Below, one piece after another: positions 9,183 through 18,135 of a stretch of 64,000 nt of DNA. Numbering within the stretch: the first letter of the stretch is position 1; the number at the start of each line of letters is the position of its first letter. The notes below the pieces were generated by a model. It had not been told where the DNA came from. It did no database searches and was given only the letters and a program-made list of their open reading frames with translations. The stretch is taken from contig CAZVYZ010000002.1 in NCBI GenBank assembly GCA_964630695.1, forward strand, positions 8,951 through 72,950. Reading direction: 5' to 3'. The stretch is from an uncultured Ruminococcus sp. Its GTDB lineage: Bacteria; Bacillota; Clostridia; Oscillospirales; CAG-272. The translations under genes were made by a program, and so were the position numbers.

Positions 9183-11649
9183 AATCCCACAGCTGCAAAT
9201 TGTTGAAGTCCCGCTCCAGATGTCCGAATATGCTTCCGTATTCGTGGACGAAGATATTGCCCTCCAGATTGTACCGTTTGGTTCCCCAACCGAAGCCGTC
9301 CACAAGCGCGCAGGCATTGCCCCACGTTGTGTTGTCGTGCATTCTCACGTTCTCATACAGCGGCTTCTCCCCGTTAAAGGAATCGGCAAACACCTGTCCG
9401 CCGTTGCTGCCGGCGCCGATTGCTCTCGCTCTGCCGAAGCCGCATCCCGTCCGACGCATCAGGTTGCCCGAAATATCCCAGTCCTTGCACTTGAAGTTTT
9501 CGTTGTTCGCCTGCTTTCCGCCGATATTCATCCAGAATTCGATGTTGGCAGAGTTGTTTTCGTAGCAGTTGTCCAGAACTTCCACGTTCTCCATCACAAC
9601 CCGCGTCAGTCCCTCCCAGCTCGATTGCTGGCTGGAGGTTGCGCCGTCGAAAATCTGGTGCTGGTAGTTGTTCAGAATGCGGAAGTTCTTACAGTTGCCC
9701 CAGTTCTGAATGCCCTCGCCGAAGCGGGTGGGCTCGTCTCTGCCGCCCCATGTATAGCCCTGCACGCTTCCGCCGCACCAGCCGATTTCGCAGTTCCGAA
9801 CCGTGAAGTCGACCGCCTGATTGACGGAAATACCGTGACAGCCCCAGTACTTGAACGCGAGGTTATCCAGCGTCACGTTTTTGGAAACGCTTTCGGTGCC
9901 GCCGAAGAAGCCGTAGCCCTCGACCACCAACTTGATTTTGCTGAACACCTCGGCAGGGTTGCCGCCGTCACAGTAGAGGTACAGTCGGCTCTCGGTCGGG
10001 TTGTGGTAATACTCCAGATTTTGGGCAAGGTCCTTTTGGTCCGTAAACGGGCGGGCATGGTGTGTCAGCGTCCCAAAGCCCGTGGGAACCGTTCCGAGTT
10101 CGATACTGGTATTGACCGCGTTTTTCTTCGTAATCTTCACGCCCCAGCCTTCGTCGTCGTTGAAAATGATATTTCCGATGTCGTTGCCGTCCGCCCCGTC
10201 AACCGAGGTGATGTACGATCCGGGAATATCCAGTTTCGGGTATTTGTCGGAAATATCAATGCCTTCGTAGTTCTTTCCGGGAGGGTTCGGCGTTTCGTAA
10301 GAACCGCTGTAGACCCAGAGATTTTCGCCAACGTTCGTCCAGTCCGAGGTTTTTGACGCATCAATGTAGTTGGCAAAAACCGGTTTTGCACCCGTCCCAT
10401 AGGCAGAGAAGGTCACGTTGGCTTTGGAGAGGAAACGCCCCTCCATATTCCAGATGTCTCCTCGCTTGAAAAGAATCACGCTCCCTGCCGGAACCGTCGT
10501 ATTGTTGACTCTCGTCAGCGTTTTCCACGGTTTGGCTTCGGACAGCCCGTCGTTCGCATCGTCTCCGCTGCTTGACGAGACGTAGTAAATCTTTCCGCTC
10601 CCCGTTACGCTGTACGCACTCTTTGCGTTCAGAATCGCGTCTCTGGCGGACTCAAAATTCCGGTCGAGCATTTCGATGAATTCGCTGTCCGCGAATTGCA
10701 TATTGTCAATAATCGGCATCACTTTGGTTTCCTTTACCGTTTCCAGATTGATTGTTTTTCCGATCTTGCCCGAGAGTTCGGTTTCAAAAAAGAGTTCTAC
10801 CAAACGTTCCGTTTGATTGAAAATGCCGTCCATTCCGTTTCCGACGAAGCACAAAGCCCCATCGCGGTATTCGTACAGCATGTTCAGGTCCTCGGTCGTG
10901 TCGAATCCGACGTAAAGATAGTTCCCTCCCGTCGGCTTTTCTTGGGAATAGGCAATCGGCATTCTCACGCCGCACAGTCTGCCGAATCCCGCGTGTACGG
11001 CTTTTGCCGCGTCCTCATAGCCCTTGCGGGCGGCAATCGTACACTTCCCGATGTCCACCGACGCAATGGAGATTGCAGTGTGCGGATAGGTATAGATTGC
11101 CTTGAACGCATCCCCCGTAGTGACGACAAGCCCCTTGTTCTCGGTATCCTGATAGAGTTCGACAAAGCGGTTGACCGCATTCTCCAACGCCTCGTCGGAG
11201 CCGCCGTAAATACGGACCTTTTTGCCGTCAAACGTCCAGCCGTAATCGTAGTAGGTCAGATTTTCGGTGGAAACATTGCCCGTGCGGTTGGTGTCCCCAA
11301 TCAGGATTTCATATTCCTGCTCCGCACTGCTGCTGTCCGACTTCACATCCATCCGCTGACCGAAATAGTCCTTGACGAGATTATAAAACAACGTGGCGGC
11401 GCCGTTCAGATTTCCGTCGGTGCTGTCCTCTCCGAACACAATGCGGAATCGATTCCCCGACACGATGTAGCGGTCCCCGCTCCCCGCGGTGTGGGATTCG
11501 GTATAGAATCCCACACCCTCTCCGTCGTTCTGCCGTTTATCCGTGCTGCTCGTTCCGTCGGTTCCGTCTTGCCCGCGCCCGCAGGAAGCCGTCAAAAGCA
11601 ACAGAACTCCGACAAGCGACAGGCATACAGCCTGAATGATTTTTTTCAT
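9172..11649 (-). CDS. Lipoprotein with right-handed parallel beta-helix (pectate-lyase-fold) domain
   Basis: 825 aa with signal plus lipobox (LLLTASC). Repeated N-x-x-V/I turns and the RNCEIGWCGG motif are typical of beta-helix repeat proteins. Confidence 0.75.
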   Translation of the reverse strand: MKKIIQAVCLSLVGVLLLLTASCGRGQDGTDGTSSTDKRQNDGEGVGFYTESHTAGSGDRYIVSGNRFRIVFGEDSTDGNLNGAATLFYNLVKDYFGQRMDVKSDSSSAEQEYEILIGDTNRTGNVSTENLTYYDYGWTFDGKKVRIYGGSDEALENAVNRFVELYQDTENKGLVVTTGDAFKAIYTYPHTAISIASVDIGKCTIAARKGYEDAAKAVHAGFGRLCGVRMPIAYSQEKPTGGNYLYVGFDTTEDLNMLYEYRDGALCFVGNGMDGIFNQTERLVELFFETELSGKIGKTINLETVKETKVMPIIDNMQFADSEFIEMLDRNFESARDAILNAKSAYSVTGSGKIYYVSSSSGDDANDGLSEAKPWKTLTRVNNTTVPAGSVILFKRGDIWNMEGRFLSKANVTFSAYGTGAKPVFANYIDASKTSDWTNVGENLWVYSGSYETPNPPGKNYEGIDISDKYPKLDIPGSYITSVDGADGNDIGNIIFNDDEGWGVKITKKNAVNTSIELGTVPTGFGTLTHHARPFTDQKDLAQNLEYYHNPTESRLYLYCDGGNPAEVFSKIKLVVEGYGFFGGTESVSKNVTLDNLAFKYWGCHGISVNQAVDFTVRNCEIGWCGGSVQGYTWGGRDEPTRFGEGIQNWGNCKNFRILNNYQHQIFDGATSSQQSSWEGLTRVVMENVEVLDNCYENNSANIEFWMNIGGKQANNENFKCKDWDISGNLMRRTGCGFGRARAIGAGSNGGQVFADSFNGEKPLYENVRMHDNTTWGNACALVDGFGWGTKRYNLEGNIFVHEYGSIFGHLERDFNNLQLWDYAE

Positions 11650-11688
11650 GGAAAGCCCTTTCTGCTTTGTGGTTGTATCTTGCCCGAA

Positions 11689-11841
11689 TCAGCCAATATT
11701 CGTGGGGAACAGCTCCGCAAACAGACCTCCGTCCTCCTCTTTGCCCTCAAGGTTGTTGGCGGAAATCAGCGACACCGTCAACACGTCCGCATTCTCTGTC
11801 AACATCAGCCGGAACTCTGCTTTTACATACGTTTTTCTCAT
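11689..11841 (-). CDS. 50-aa sORF, paralog of 35876..36007 (leader-peptide-like)
   Basis: Not in the track (<60 aa). ATG is preceded by GAGGG 6 nt upstream. The product is MRKTYVKAEFRLMLTENADVLTVSLISANNLEGKEEDGGLFAELFPTNIG. Its N-terminal 24 aa align with the second sORF. Confidence 0.4.
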   Translation of the reverse strand: MRKTYVKAEFRLMLTENADVLTVSLISANNLEGKEEDGGLFAELFPTNIG

Positions 11842-11877
11842 TGCAATACCCTCATTTCCATAAATTTGTTGTTCAGG

Positions 11878-13413
11878 TCAGTGATAGGTAACCGGTGTTT
11901 CCGCGTTGCTCCGGTCGTATACAACCGTAAAGGTCGGACCGCAGACTTCCGCGCCCTTAATCTTCGCATACACGCAGACTTTGAACGTGATTTTGTCATC
12001 GGTGAAAGCCGAATCGGGAATTCCGTTGATGCAATAGGTGAAGTACGCGCTGTTGTCATCCTGTCCGGTCACGGAATTTTCCTCAAGGCCGATAAGCACG
12101 CCGTTTTCCATAATCTGACTGTAAACGTAATTCTGAATCTTGCCCGTTGCAATCGTTTCGGTCACCTTGTCACCCAGGCAGAATTTGAAGCCGAATTCTT
12201 CGTAAGCCTCGGACATATAGTCGTCAATCACGCCGACAAACCGAATGCCGGTGGTTCCGTCGACTTTCGCCTGCACGCCGCTGAACCGCACCGCGTCGCC
12301 GTCAAATACGCGTGCGCGTTTGGTGTTCGCGTCTGCCGCCGCGTCGTTGTGGAAGAAGCCAACGTAATCAATGACATATTTCATCGAGGTATCCGCCGAC
12401 GGGAAGTCAATCGAGGTAATCCCAAAATCCTGAATCGGGTACATTCCGGAGGGATGTGCCTCATCATCAATGTAAATCCTTGTTACAGACCATCCATCCT
12501 TGTCCTTAGTGGTCACAACATCTTTGATTGTCACATTGATTTTAACATTATTATTCTCATAGCCGATTTTTACCACGTCCTTTGTAAATGCGGGCGGGTC
12601 CACCGGAGTTCCGTTCAGGTCTGTTGTTTTATATCTCAGTTCAACAATTTTGGCACACACATATTGAAGATTCGTATTGCTGATACAAATCGGCGACCAA
12701 AGCCCCTCCGTTTTCTTGGTAACCATCACGAGATTGCCGTCCGCATCATTGTAAAAGTCTCTCCCGTCTTTGGGGGCAAACTGGTTAATACCGCTGTCGG
12801 TAGCCCACGTCTGCCAACCATCCGTGAGATGGATTCCCGTAAAACGAATCACCTGTCCGTCATCGGCACCTGCCTGATTTTTGGAAACAAAGGTCCCGTT
12901 CTCTGCAATGCGGATGCTCTCGCCCTTGTGCAATTCTGCCTGCGTCGTCTCCGCCGCTTCAACCGATTGGAACAGTCCGATGTATTCGATTACAAGCGTT
13001 GTCCCCTCGGTAAGCCCGCTGAAGTTGAGTTTGTTACAGTTGTTCAGATTGTTCTCGTCATCTCCGTTGACCTTCCAGTTTCCGAAGGGTTTGTCTTTCT
13101 CCGTTGGGGTCAGCGCGCAAACGGTTTCCACCCAACTGCCGTCTGCACGAAGTTCCAGACTGCCATCTGACCCGAGGCCGTTTCCCGTCCCCTTAAATGC
13201 AACGGTCCCGTTCTCGGTCTGACCGAGAACCCGATAGCGGATTGCAATTGCGCAGATATCATAGAATGCGCCATAGTTATTCGTATTCGGATATATTGAC
13301 AAGAACAGAGAAAACAGCCGAACGCAAACGTCCGTTCCGGATATTCCGTCTTTGGTCTGCCGAAATGCAAAGAATACTAAATTTTGTCTATCCGACAAAA
13401 AAGCACAAGGCAT
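11878..13413 (-). CDS. Multi-module protein of unknown function (two IDY[IV]GFF-type modules); 5' end probably truncated
   Basis: 511-aa ORF. The only upstream ATG lies inside a terminator hairpin, with no RBS and no signal peptide. Motifs LVIEYIGLFQSVEAAE and YVIDYVGFFHNDAAAD match VIDYIGFFDTEEAAE in 6948..9182. Confidence 0.5.
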   Translation of the reverse strand: MPCAFLSDRQNLVFFAFRQTKDGISGTDVCVRLFSLFLSIYPNTNNYGAFYDICAIAIRYRVLGQTENGTVAFKGTGNGLGSDGSLELRADGSWVETVCALTPTEKDKPFGNWKVNGDDENNLNNCNKLNFSGLTEGTTLVIEYIGLFQSVEAAETTQAELHKGESIRIAENGTFVSKNQAGADDGQVIRFTGIHLTDGWQTWATDSGINQFAPKDGRDFYNDADGNLVMVTKKTEGLWSPICISNTNLQYVCAKIVELRYKTTDLNGTPVDPPAFTKDVVKIGYENNNVKINVTIKDVVTTKDKDGWSVTRIYIDDEAHPSGMYPIQDFGITSIDFPSADTSMKYVIDYVGFFHNDAAADANTKRARVFDGDAVRFSGVQAKVDGTTGIRFVGVIDDYMSEAYEEFGFKFCLGDKVTETIATGKIQNYVYSQIMENGVLIGLEENSVTGQDDNSAYFTYCINGIPDSAFTDDKITFKVCVYAKIKGAEVCGPTFTVVYDRSNAETPVTYH

Positions 13414-13589
13414 TCCGCGCCTTGTGCTTTTTCATTTTCTGCATTTTTCAAAATCCGATTCCCTGTATGCCGAATGTTATCCAAGCCCGCGCCGAGAATG
13501 ACATACTGTCCGGCACCGGTCAGAACGGCGGTTTTGAACGCCCGCCCGAATGCACTCATCAGGGCGGTCAGACCGGCTTTCCGATTCAT
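13377..13589 (-). pseudogene. N-terminal fragment of a class I SAM-dependent (TIGR00027-like) methyltransferase
   Basis: GGAG RBS plus MNRKAGLTALMSAFGRAFKTAVLTGAGQYVILGAGLD, after which the sequence turns unrelated and runs through a terminator. Confidence 0.4.
13396..13433. terminator. Bidirectional hairpin terminator
   Basis: AAAAAAGCACAAGG-loop-CCTTGTGCTTTTT. Confidence 0.6.
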
Positions 13590-13639
13590 TTCAGTCTCCA
13601 GCCTTTCCTTGCTTTTCCATGAAATTCCTTTTCGGCGGC

Positions 13640-14386
13640 TCAGTCCCCGACACCCGCCAGCGCCAGAAACTTCTTGTCCGACTGAATGCTCTGCGTCAGA
13701 AACCGACCGTCGCGGAACAGCGCGTAGGTCGTGACCGGCGAGGAGAGATTCTGCGCGGTTTCTTTGTCGGTGATATGGATGACTTTCAGCGGAATGCCGT
13801 GTTCCTTTGCCGCTTCCTGCACCCTCGGCACCCAATAATAGGTAAACGGACACTGGTCCGTATAGTAAAGGACAAAGCCGTCCCCGTCCGCCTTGGGATG
13901 CTTGGCGCAGTCCCTGAATTTCGGCGGTTCCGCATCCGGAACGAGGGGCAAATACATCAGGTTGATTCCGCAGTCGGATACGTCCGAGACGCGAAAGCCC
14001 TTGTAAGTCAGAAACTTTGAATCGGCAAGAAATTCCCGCTTCCGTCCCTCGGCGCAGAGAATGCAAATGCCTTTCCTGCCCTGTTCTTCGGCGTCCCGGA
14101 TGCACGCGGAAAGGAGGTCACCCGAATAGCCGTGTCCTTTCATCGCGCCCGCAATCCACAGGCAGTTGATATAGAGATAGCCGTCCGCCTCAATCGGTAC
14201 CCACGCATTTTCCGCCGGAATGTATTCGATAAAGCACTTGCCGCGCTCCTCACTGCGGTAAAAAACAAGTCCCTCGTCGAAACGCTGTTTGAGCCATTCC
14301 TTTTTTGCAAGGCTCTGCTTGCCCGACATCGCACAGCAGATATGTTCCCTGTCGATATTTTCTTTGGTAATATGGATGTAATTCAT
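13640..14386 (-). CDS. GNAT N-acetyltransferase with YoaP-like C-terminal domain
   Basis: Start at MNYIHITKENIDREHICC (AGGAGG RBS), 248 aa. The layout matches B. subtilis YoaP-type proteins. Confidence 0.75.
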   Translation of the reverse strand: MNYIHITKENIDREHICCAMSGKQSLAKKEWLKQRFDEGLVFYRSEERGKCFIEYIPAENAWVPIEADGYLYINCLWIAGAMKGHGYSGDLLSACIRDAEEQGRKGICILCAEGRKREFLADSKFLTYKGFRVSDVSDCGINLMYLPLVPDAEPPKFRDCAKHPKADGDGFVLYYTDQCPFTYYWVPRVQEAAKEHGIPLKVIHITDKETAQNLSSPVTTYALFRDGRFLTQSIQSDKKFLALAGVGD

Positions 14387-14422
14387 AAACTGCCTCCTAT
14401 CGTTTTTTCCGTCACAGAACGG

Positions 14423-14485
14423 GATGAAGGCAATACCGCGCAATCCGCGATTGTGCCATCGGAATTGCTCGGTATTGCCTTCATC
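14423..14485. repeat. Palindromic element, family B (short copy)
   Basis: ~27-nt arms GATGAAGGCAATACCGCGCAATCCG / CGGAATTGCTCGGTATTGCCTTCATC. They share the GGCAATACCGCGCAATTCCGATGG core with 23165-23336. Confidence 0.7.
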
Positions 14486-14553
14486 CTGTGCCGCCGGAAT
14501 TGCGCCTCTGTATGCCCGTTCCGGATGGGAACGGACAATCGCTTCGTCGTATT

Positions 14554-15759
14554 TCAGCGTGTTGTTGGCGATGATGCTTGCACACCCCTGCGCAAGCAGG
14601 AAAACCGTTCCAGAATGAATTCCATCACGAACGCGGCGCTCCATGAGAACGAATTATTGAACCGTCCGCGACGTTCCACGGAATCGTAGTTTTCCGAAAT
14701 GCCGCGCGACAGTCCGTCATAAACCATCGAGAGGATGAATTCCCGTATCTCCTCCGCGACCTTTGTAAAGCCGTAGTCATCCAGCCCCCGATAGGCGAAA
14801 TACGCCACGTTCAGCCACGTCTGTCCGCGCCAATAATCGGTGGAATATGCAGGGCAATCGTAGGTTACGGTCGGCATCCCGGGGTAGAATTTCTTCGGGT
14901 CGGCGGCAAGACGCGCCATCGCTTCCGCGCGCGCACGGGAGGCGGTCCCGATATACAGCGGCATGAAGGAAGCGGGCGACAGGACCGTGACGAATGCGCC
15001 CGTTTTGCGGTTGCGGTCGGCATAAGCGTCCTGCGCGGGGTCAAACAGTTCCGACTCAATCCGCTCGGCGAGTGCCGCCGCCTTGTCGAGCCAAATGCCC
15101 TTTTCCTCTCCCAATACCTCCGCCGCTTCCGCCATGGCGCGGTAGAACGTCACCATGTAGCAGTTGAGGTCGATTGCCCAAAGGTCGGGAATCGGGAATT
15201 CATCCCACCGCGGGGAATTGTCCCATCCCGATTCCCACCGCGGATGGAGGTAATTCTCCGCCTCGGGGTGCTGTTGGGCGGAATAGAAAAACAGTCCGCG
15301 GTCACAGCGATTTTCTTCCCAGAATGCCGCGTTCCGCACATAGCGGTCGTAGCACCGCCGCAGGAAATCGCGGTCCCCGTCGCGGTGAAAGACAATCATC
15401 GTTGCCCACGGGAGCACGGGCGGCTTGCCGTAGTTGTCGCAGATTCTGCCGTCAACGTAAATCACGTCGGGGAACATTCCCGTGGGAAGTTGGAATTTGA
15501 TAAACGCGTCGATACAACTTTTCGCAAGCGCCGTGTCGTAGCGCGAGACCGCCATGGCATGGAACGCGGAATCCCAGTTCCAGATTCCCGCACAGGGACC
15601 CGACCACGGCGAAATAACGGGAACATCGCCCCACGGCGCGCCCTTTTCGCAGATGGTGTTTCGTTTCAGGACCTCATAGGCGGCGTCCAACAGGCAGGCA
15701 TCCCGTTCGCTGACGGTCTTGCGCAAGGGCGCCAACCATTCCTCTTTTGTCAGAAGCAT
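14554..15759 (-). CDS. Six-hairpin glycosidase, GH63/MGH1-like (trehalase/glucosidase-type fold)
   Basis: 401 aa. Motifs WNWDSAFHA and HPRWESGWDNSPRWD are typical of GH63/GH37-like enzymes. Confidence 0.75.
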   Translation of the reverse strand: MLLTKEEWLAPLRKTVSERDACLLDAAYEVLKRNTICEKGAPWGDVPVISPWSGPCAGIWNWDSAFHAMAVSRYDTALAKSCIDAFIKFQLPTGMFPDVIYVDGRICDNYGKPPVLPWATMIVFHRDGDRDFLRRCYDRYVRNAAFWEENRCDRGLFFYSAQQHPEAENYLHPRWESGWDNSPRWDEFPIPDLWAIDLNCYMVTFYRAMAEAAEVLGEEKGIWLDKAAALAERIESELFDPAQDAYADRNRKTGAFVTVLSPASFMPLYIGTASRARAEAMARLAADPKKFYPGMPTVTYDCPAYSTDYWRGQTWLNVAYFAYRGLDDYGFTKVAEEIREFILSMVYDGLSRGISENYDSVERRGRFNNSFSWSAAFVMEFILERFSCLRRGVQASSPTTR

Positions 15760-15932
15760 TTTGTTCTCCTCTCGGGTTATCGCAAATTCGATAATATCGT
15801 TACCGCCTACAGTATAGCAGACTGCGGCGGAAAAGTCAATGGTTTGAGATGCTGTTTGTTGTAGTTTTCTGCCAAAAACGGACGGAGTGCCGAAGCGCTC
15901 CGCCCATTTCCGCTTTTACCATTTGATATTTT

Positions 15933-16220
15933 TTATATATCGACCAACGCGACGATGTCGTTTCTTCCCTCACAGCCGACCACAATCCCCTGTTCGGTCG
16001 GGAGATTTTGCCCTAACCGCCATTGTTCCGGCTCAAACGGAATAAGGAGATACATTTTCCCAATCTCCCGTTTCGTTGCCCAACGAGCCGTTCCGTGCGG
16101 TCCGTCTCCGACCGTTCGGAATTTGATGTTGAGGCTGTATAAGTGCGACAACAGCGGGATGCCGCCGAGAATCAGAGCGGCAACTGCCCCGACCAGGACG
16201 ACGATTAAAACACCGGACAT
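15933..16220 (-). pseudogene. N-terminal ~95 aa of a VirD4/TraG-type coupling protein
   Basis: TM segment followed by GPHGTARWATKREI ... GIVVG. It ends before any Walker A motif. Confidence 0.5.
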
Positions 16221-16353
16221 CCGACCGTCACCTCGCTTTCCATCGTTGCCTGCTCCGTTCGCCATGCCTGCAAATCCTCGTTGAAGTCCTTGTGTTCCGG
16301 TGACAGACGGTATACAGAAACAGACGGATAATCCGCTTTTCTTGTATCTTTCC

Positions 16354-17070
16354 TCACCTCCCTCCCGCATCGCCGAACAGCTTTGCCTGAAACTCCGGGG
16401 CTTGCACTTGAAGGAGGTATCTTGCATTGCCGCAATGGTAGAGGCAGACGCCGTGCTCAGGATGGTCGATCAGGGCGTATTCCGCCGGCGAGATGGACAG
16501 CGCGTTGCAGAAGTCCCGTTGCTCCACATGACCGGGATAAAACAGAAAACGGTTTGCAGGAATGGCGAAGAGCGGTTTTGTATACTCCCGCACATCGGGG
16601 GCAAGAAAATCGTCGATGTTCTGCGACGCGAGCAATACCGCCGAGTTTTTCTTTCGCACCCGCTTCATGGCGTTGCGGATATATTCGATGGTGGTCAGGT
16701 TGGAAAGGAACAGGTAGGCTTCGTCAATGGACGCTTGTATTCCTCCTCGGCGAGACTGTAGAGGTCAGAGAGGATTGGGTAATCGGTCGGGCGGAGGTCG
16801 GAGAGATCTGCCGTGCGCCCGATGCCGAAATTCTCATACAGCTTGGTCAACAGAATGCCGATTGCATCCAGCTGCGGGTCGGTGAAGTCCTTGTAGCAAT
16901 CCCGTCAGCTTTACAATTTTTTCTCCGATGTGCTCCGGTGACAGGACCGACAGATTGCTCGCTCCGACAAGAAACCACACAGTTTCGACTCCTGCGTCCG
17001 TTATGACTCCGTTCTCCCCGAACCGATTCAGCCCGATGAGGTCTTGTGTGCGACTTTGTTTTTTCGCCAT
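16354..17070 (-). pseudogene. VirB4-like conjugation ATPase, internally deleted and frame-broken
   Basis: The N-terminal ~70 aa (MAKKQSRTQDLIGLNRF...) and the C-terminal ~130 aa (IDEAYLFLSN..., then MKRVRKKNSAVLLASQNIDDF...) are present in different frames. The roughly 500 aa expected between them is missing. Confidence 0.6.
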
Positions 17071-17343
17071 TTACTTCTTCTCCCTCCATTCGTAATATTG
17101 TTGCCCCGACCAAAAGTAGCGGACGGCACAGGACAGGAAGTCCAGCACCGACTGTTCCTCCGGTCGGACGGACAGAAATGCACCCAACGCGACCATCGCC
17201 GCGGGGAAATACCACCCAAACTTCACCGCAACCAGCGCCGCGCCCGCTGCGCACAGTCCGAGGATGATCAGATCCCGCACCGACCACAGCCACAGTTTCG
17301 GCTTCAGTCGCATATTCTGCGGGTACAGATATTGTTTTTTCAT
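17071..17343 (-). CDS. Small conjugative-transfer membrane protein (PrgI/TcpE/VirB3-like)
   Basis: 90 aa with two TM segments, positioned immediately upstream of the VirB4 remnant. Confidence 0.5.
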   Translation of the reverse strand: MKKQYLYPQNMRLKPKLWLWSVRDLIILGLCAAGAALVAVKFGWYFPAAMVALGAFLSVRPEEQSVLDFLSCAVRYFWSGQQYYEWREKK

Positions 17344-17364
17344 GAAACTCCTTTCTGTAAGTCA

Positions 17365-18102
17365 TTATTTTTTCGCCAGCGTTTTCGTCAGATTCACCGC
17401 CGTTGTGGTCGTGTGCATGACCGAGGTCATATTGACCTTGACGCCGGTATCCAATCCGAACACCTGCGCGATGCGGGGGACTTTGTTTGCGGCGAGCATC
17501 ACGCCGAAGCCGAGCAGAACATTATTTTTCCATGTCATAAGACCGAGAAACAGCAAGGTGGTCTGCATGAAGGTGGTCAGGCAGAGTGCGACCACCTGTT
17601 TGCACCATTGCGTGAAGCCGTCCGCATAGCCGCGCGGCAGGGAGAACAGGTAGAGACTCCCGACGGCAATTTGCGTCAGGAGAATGCCCCCGCGCTTGAT
17701 GTTGGAGAAAAAGACCTTGATGACGCAGTAGCCGAGGGCAATCAGGAACAGGAGTTCCAGCAGACCGAAGCCGTTCAGGGCATTTACGCCGTTTGGCGAG
17801 TACCGATACAATACCTCCCGCGCGAGTTCCAGCACATTTCCGCTTGCCGTGCCGATGAGGTCCTTCGTAAATGTGTTTTGCAGGGTAACGGTGAAGCGGT
17901 AAAGCTCGACCGGAAGCCTTGTGAACAGGGACGCGGCAAAGAAGCCTTTCAGGATGTTCAAAAGCGTTGTTTTAATATTCGCCCGCCCGCAGCATTGGTA
18001 CTCAATGGCGAAGATTCCGCGATAGCCCCGAGCACTGTGCGGTATCATCATATCCCCCCAAAAAAACACTTTACCATACGCATGAAAAAGGACACCGCCC
18101 AA
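17365..18102 (-). CDS. TrbL/VirB6-like conjugal transfer membrane protein (N-terminus uncertain, possibly truncated)
   Basis: Polytopic membrane ORF upstream of PrgI-like. The first ~20 codons run through a terminator hairpin at the border of the AT-rich islet. Confidence 0.5.
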   Translation of the reverse strand: MGGVLFHAYGKVFFWGDMMIPHSARGYRGIFAIEYQCCGRANIKTTLLNILKGFFAASLFTRLPVELYRFTVTLQNTFTKDLIGTASGNVLELAREVLYRYSPNGVNALNGFGLLELLFLIALGYCVIKVFFSNIKRGGILLTQIAVGSLYLFSLPRGYADGFTQWCKQVVALCLTTFMQTTLLFLGLMTWKNNVLLGFGVMLAANKVPRIAQVFGLDTGVKVNMTSVMHTTTTAVNLTKTLAKK

Positions 18103-18135
18103 ACGATGTCCTTTTTATGTTGTCCGAATCTACAG

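Larger units (their letters stand above)
15933..18102 (-). mobile_element. Decayed conjugative-element (type IV secretion) remnant
   Basis: Consecutive VirB6/TrbL-like, PrgI/TcpE-like, internally deleted VirB4-like and truncated VirD4-like reading frames. Confidence 0.6.

Noticed and set aside
13377-14105. 242-aa minus-strand ORF.
   Set aside because: Its first ~170 codons overlap the yoaP-like gene in another frame and look like a shadow ORF. Only the last 70 codons, with their own RBS and methyltransferase-like N-terminus, were kept as a pseudogene fragment.
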